Shown piece by piece: positions 62,395-64,000 of a stretch of DNA of 64,000 bases; position 1 is the first letter of the stretch, and every line of letters begins with the position of its first letter. Under the pieces are notes generated by a model. That model had not been told where the DNA came from. It did not search any database and saw only the letters and a list, made by a program, of their open reading frames with translations. Source of the stretch: Octopus sinensis (lineage: Eukaryota); the NCBI RefSeq assembly GCF_006345805.1, contig NC_043006.1:43834001-43898000 (forward strand). The letters are read 5' to 3'. The position numbers were made by a program, and so were the translations under genes.

Positions 62395-62820
62395 AACTTT
62401 TGTTACCAATTTTCTGTAGAAACACACCCACTATATTTCAATTAATTTTGGAAATTATGATAAAGGACATATTAAAATAAATTTGCTGGTAATAATAAGC
62501 TGATGTTTGGAATATAAATTAAGCCTGGAATTTTAAAGAGAAATTTTAATTTAGATCACTTAACTCTTTTAGCATTTAAAATGGCTACATTGGGTCAAAA
62601 TACTCTTCCACTTTTATGTTCAAACTGGCCAGATTCAGCCTTTCACACCTACACTACAATGTCATTCTAAAAATAAACAATCACTCATTGAAATCTCAAA
62701 GCTGTGAGATAAGGCACAATTAATTCAGAACAAAGTGAATAAATAAGTATTACACCATCATCATCATCATTTAATGTCTGCTTTCCATACAGGCATTTGA
62801 CAGAATAATCTGAGTGCCAT
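62395..62820 (+). mobile_element. P1-related MITE variant (62395-62560) abutting a P2 copy (62560-62820)
   Basis: cttttgttaccaattttctg...ttcaattaattttg...taagctg...ttaatttagatcac, then ttaactcttttagcatttaaa...caaactggccagat...gaataaataag. Confidence 0.7.
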
Positions 62821-62999
62821 GTTTTTATACCATAAAAACAGGGGCAATTTTGGGGTAGTTTGGCATCAAAAAGATGAAACAAAGAACTTCCTTCATTGTG
62901 TGCAAGGACTAAGGATCAGAACAAGTCATCAACAAGCAAATTCAGTCAAGTAGAGTAATTTTTTTTTGTTTTCCTTTTTCTATTAAGAGTTACTTCTCT

Positions 63000-63223
63000 A
63001 ATAGCAATTTCAAATTTTGCCACAAGGTCAGCAATTTCGGGGTGGGGGTGGCGGATACAATTACATTAACCCCAGTGCTCAACTGGTACTTTATTTTATC
63101 GCCCCTGAAAGGATGAAAGACAAAGACGACCTCGGCAGAATTTGAACTCAGAACGTGAAGACAGACAAAATACCGGTAATCATTTTGCCTGGTGTGCTAA
63201 TGATTCTGCTAGCTCACCGCCTT
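63000..63223 (-). mobile_element. Family B SINE, full length
   Basis: gccacaaggtcagcaattt...aactggtactttattttatcgcccctgaaaggatgaaag...gacctcggcagaatttgaactcagaacg...gctcaccgcctt. Confidence 0.88.
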
Positions 63224-63409
63224 CCCCTAACATCTGTATTATTATCAATGCTCTGTACAAAAGCATAAAGGTTACAAATTCATGCTTTCATTTAAAGAAG
63301 AAAAAAATTATCAGGAAATCATTCATCATCAAGTAATGGATTGACAAAATTCATAGACAGTCAGACAAAATGCCTTCTAGTATTTACTTGTGTCCTCCCA
63401 CGTTCTGAA

Positions 63410-63639
63410 TTAACCCTTTAGTATTCAGACCAGCCATATTTGATCCAAATGTGCCACCTGCTTTGTGTCCTAGCCAGCCAGATCCAGCCTATCACACCCA
63501 CCCTTCAATGTCATTCGAAAAATACACAGTCATGTCGTCAAAATTTCAAAGCTGTTAAGTTAACGCATGATTGATTAGAAACAACATGGATGGAAAAGCA
63601 TTATACTCGACAGAATAATCTGAATGCAAAAAGGTTCAA
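63410..63639 (+). mobile_element. MITE family P2, degenerate full-length copy
   Basis: ttaaccctttagtattcagaccagcc...ccagatccagcc...caatgtcattc...gacagaataatctgaatgcaaaaaggttcaa. Confidence 0.75.
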
Positions 63640-63912
63640 TCTCTCTGAGGTCAACGTTTGCCCTTCATTTTTCAGGGGTTAACAGAAAAATGAAGTACCA
63701 GTCAAACACTGCAAGCTTTTGGCCCCATGCTTATATCAGAAATTACTATTACTACTACTACAAGTGAAATTCCACAATGGAATGAAATGTGGGTGGGGAG
63801 AGAAGGCAGGTGGCTAAAATATATAAAATATGAGAAGAATAAAAATATGTGATTGTATATGCCTGCTGTGTGCAAACGTGCATGATGAGTGATGTGTGTG
63901 TCATAGGCTGTA

Positions 63913-63975
<63 letters not shown>

Positions 63976-64000
63976 GTGGGGAGAGAGAGCATAGATGCCT

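Overview
AT-rich, microsatellite-dense eukaryotic DNA. The short repeats match what I recall of octopus (coleoid cephalopod) tRNA-derived SINE families (OK/OR1/OR2-type), so an octopus origin is my inference, not a database result. I recognise no intact protein-coding gene: the long ORFs in the track are translations of simple repeats, and the window reads as intronic or intergenic. It holds many SINE copies of at least four families (my labels A-D), several MITE families (TTAA-flanked piggyBac-like, TA-flanked Tc1/mariner- or pogo-like, hAT-like, long-TIR foldbacks) and decayed LINE fragments (RTE 3' end, a HERO-like restriction-endonuclease LINE, possibly Tx1/L1). Best observations: (i) a piggyBac-like MITE dimer with the same 23-nt spacer at two loci 16.5 kb apart; (ii) a tRNA-like cloverleaf in the loop of an inverted repeat; (iii) a decayed Penelope-type hammerhead ribozyme core; (iv) a recent ~200-bp dispersed duplication; (v) a GC/CpG-rich polyQ-VKEEP open frame; (vi) a CRISPR-mimicking array inside a SINE; (vii) a few low-confidence exon and promoter candidates. 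All alignments were done by eye; repeat boundaries are approximate and family names need Dfam/Repbase confirmation.
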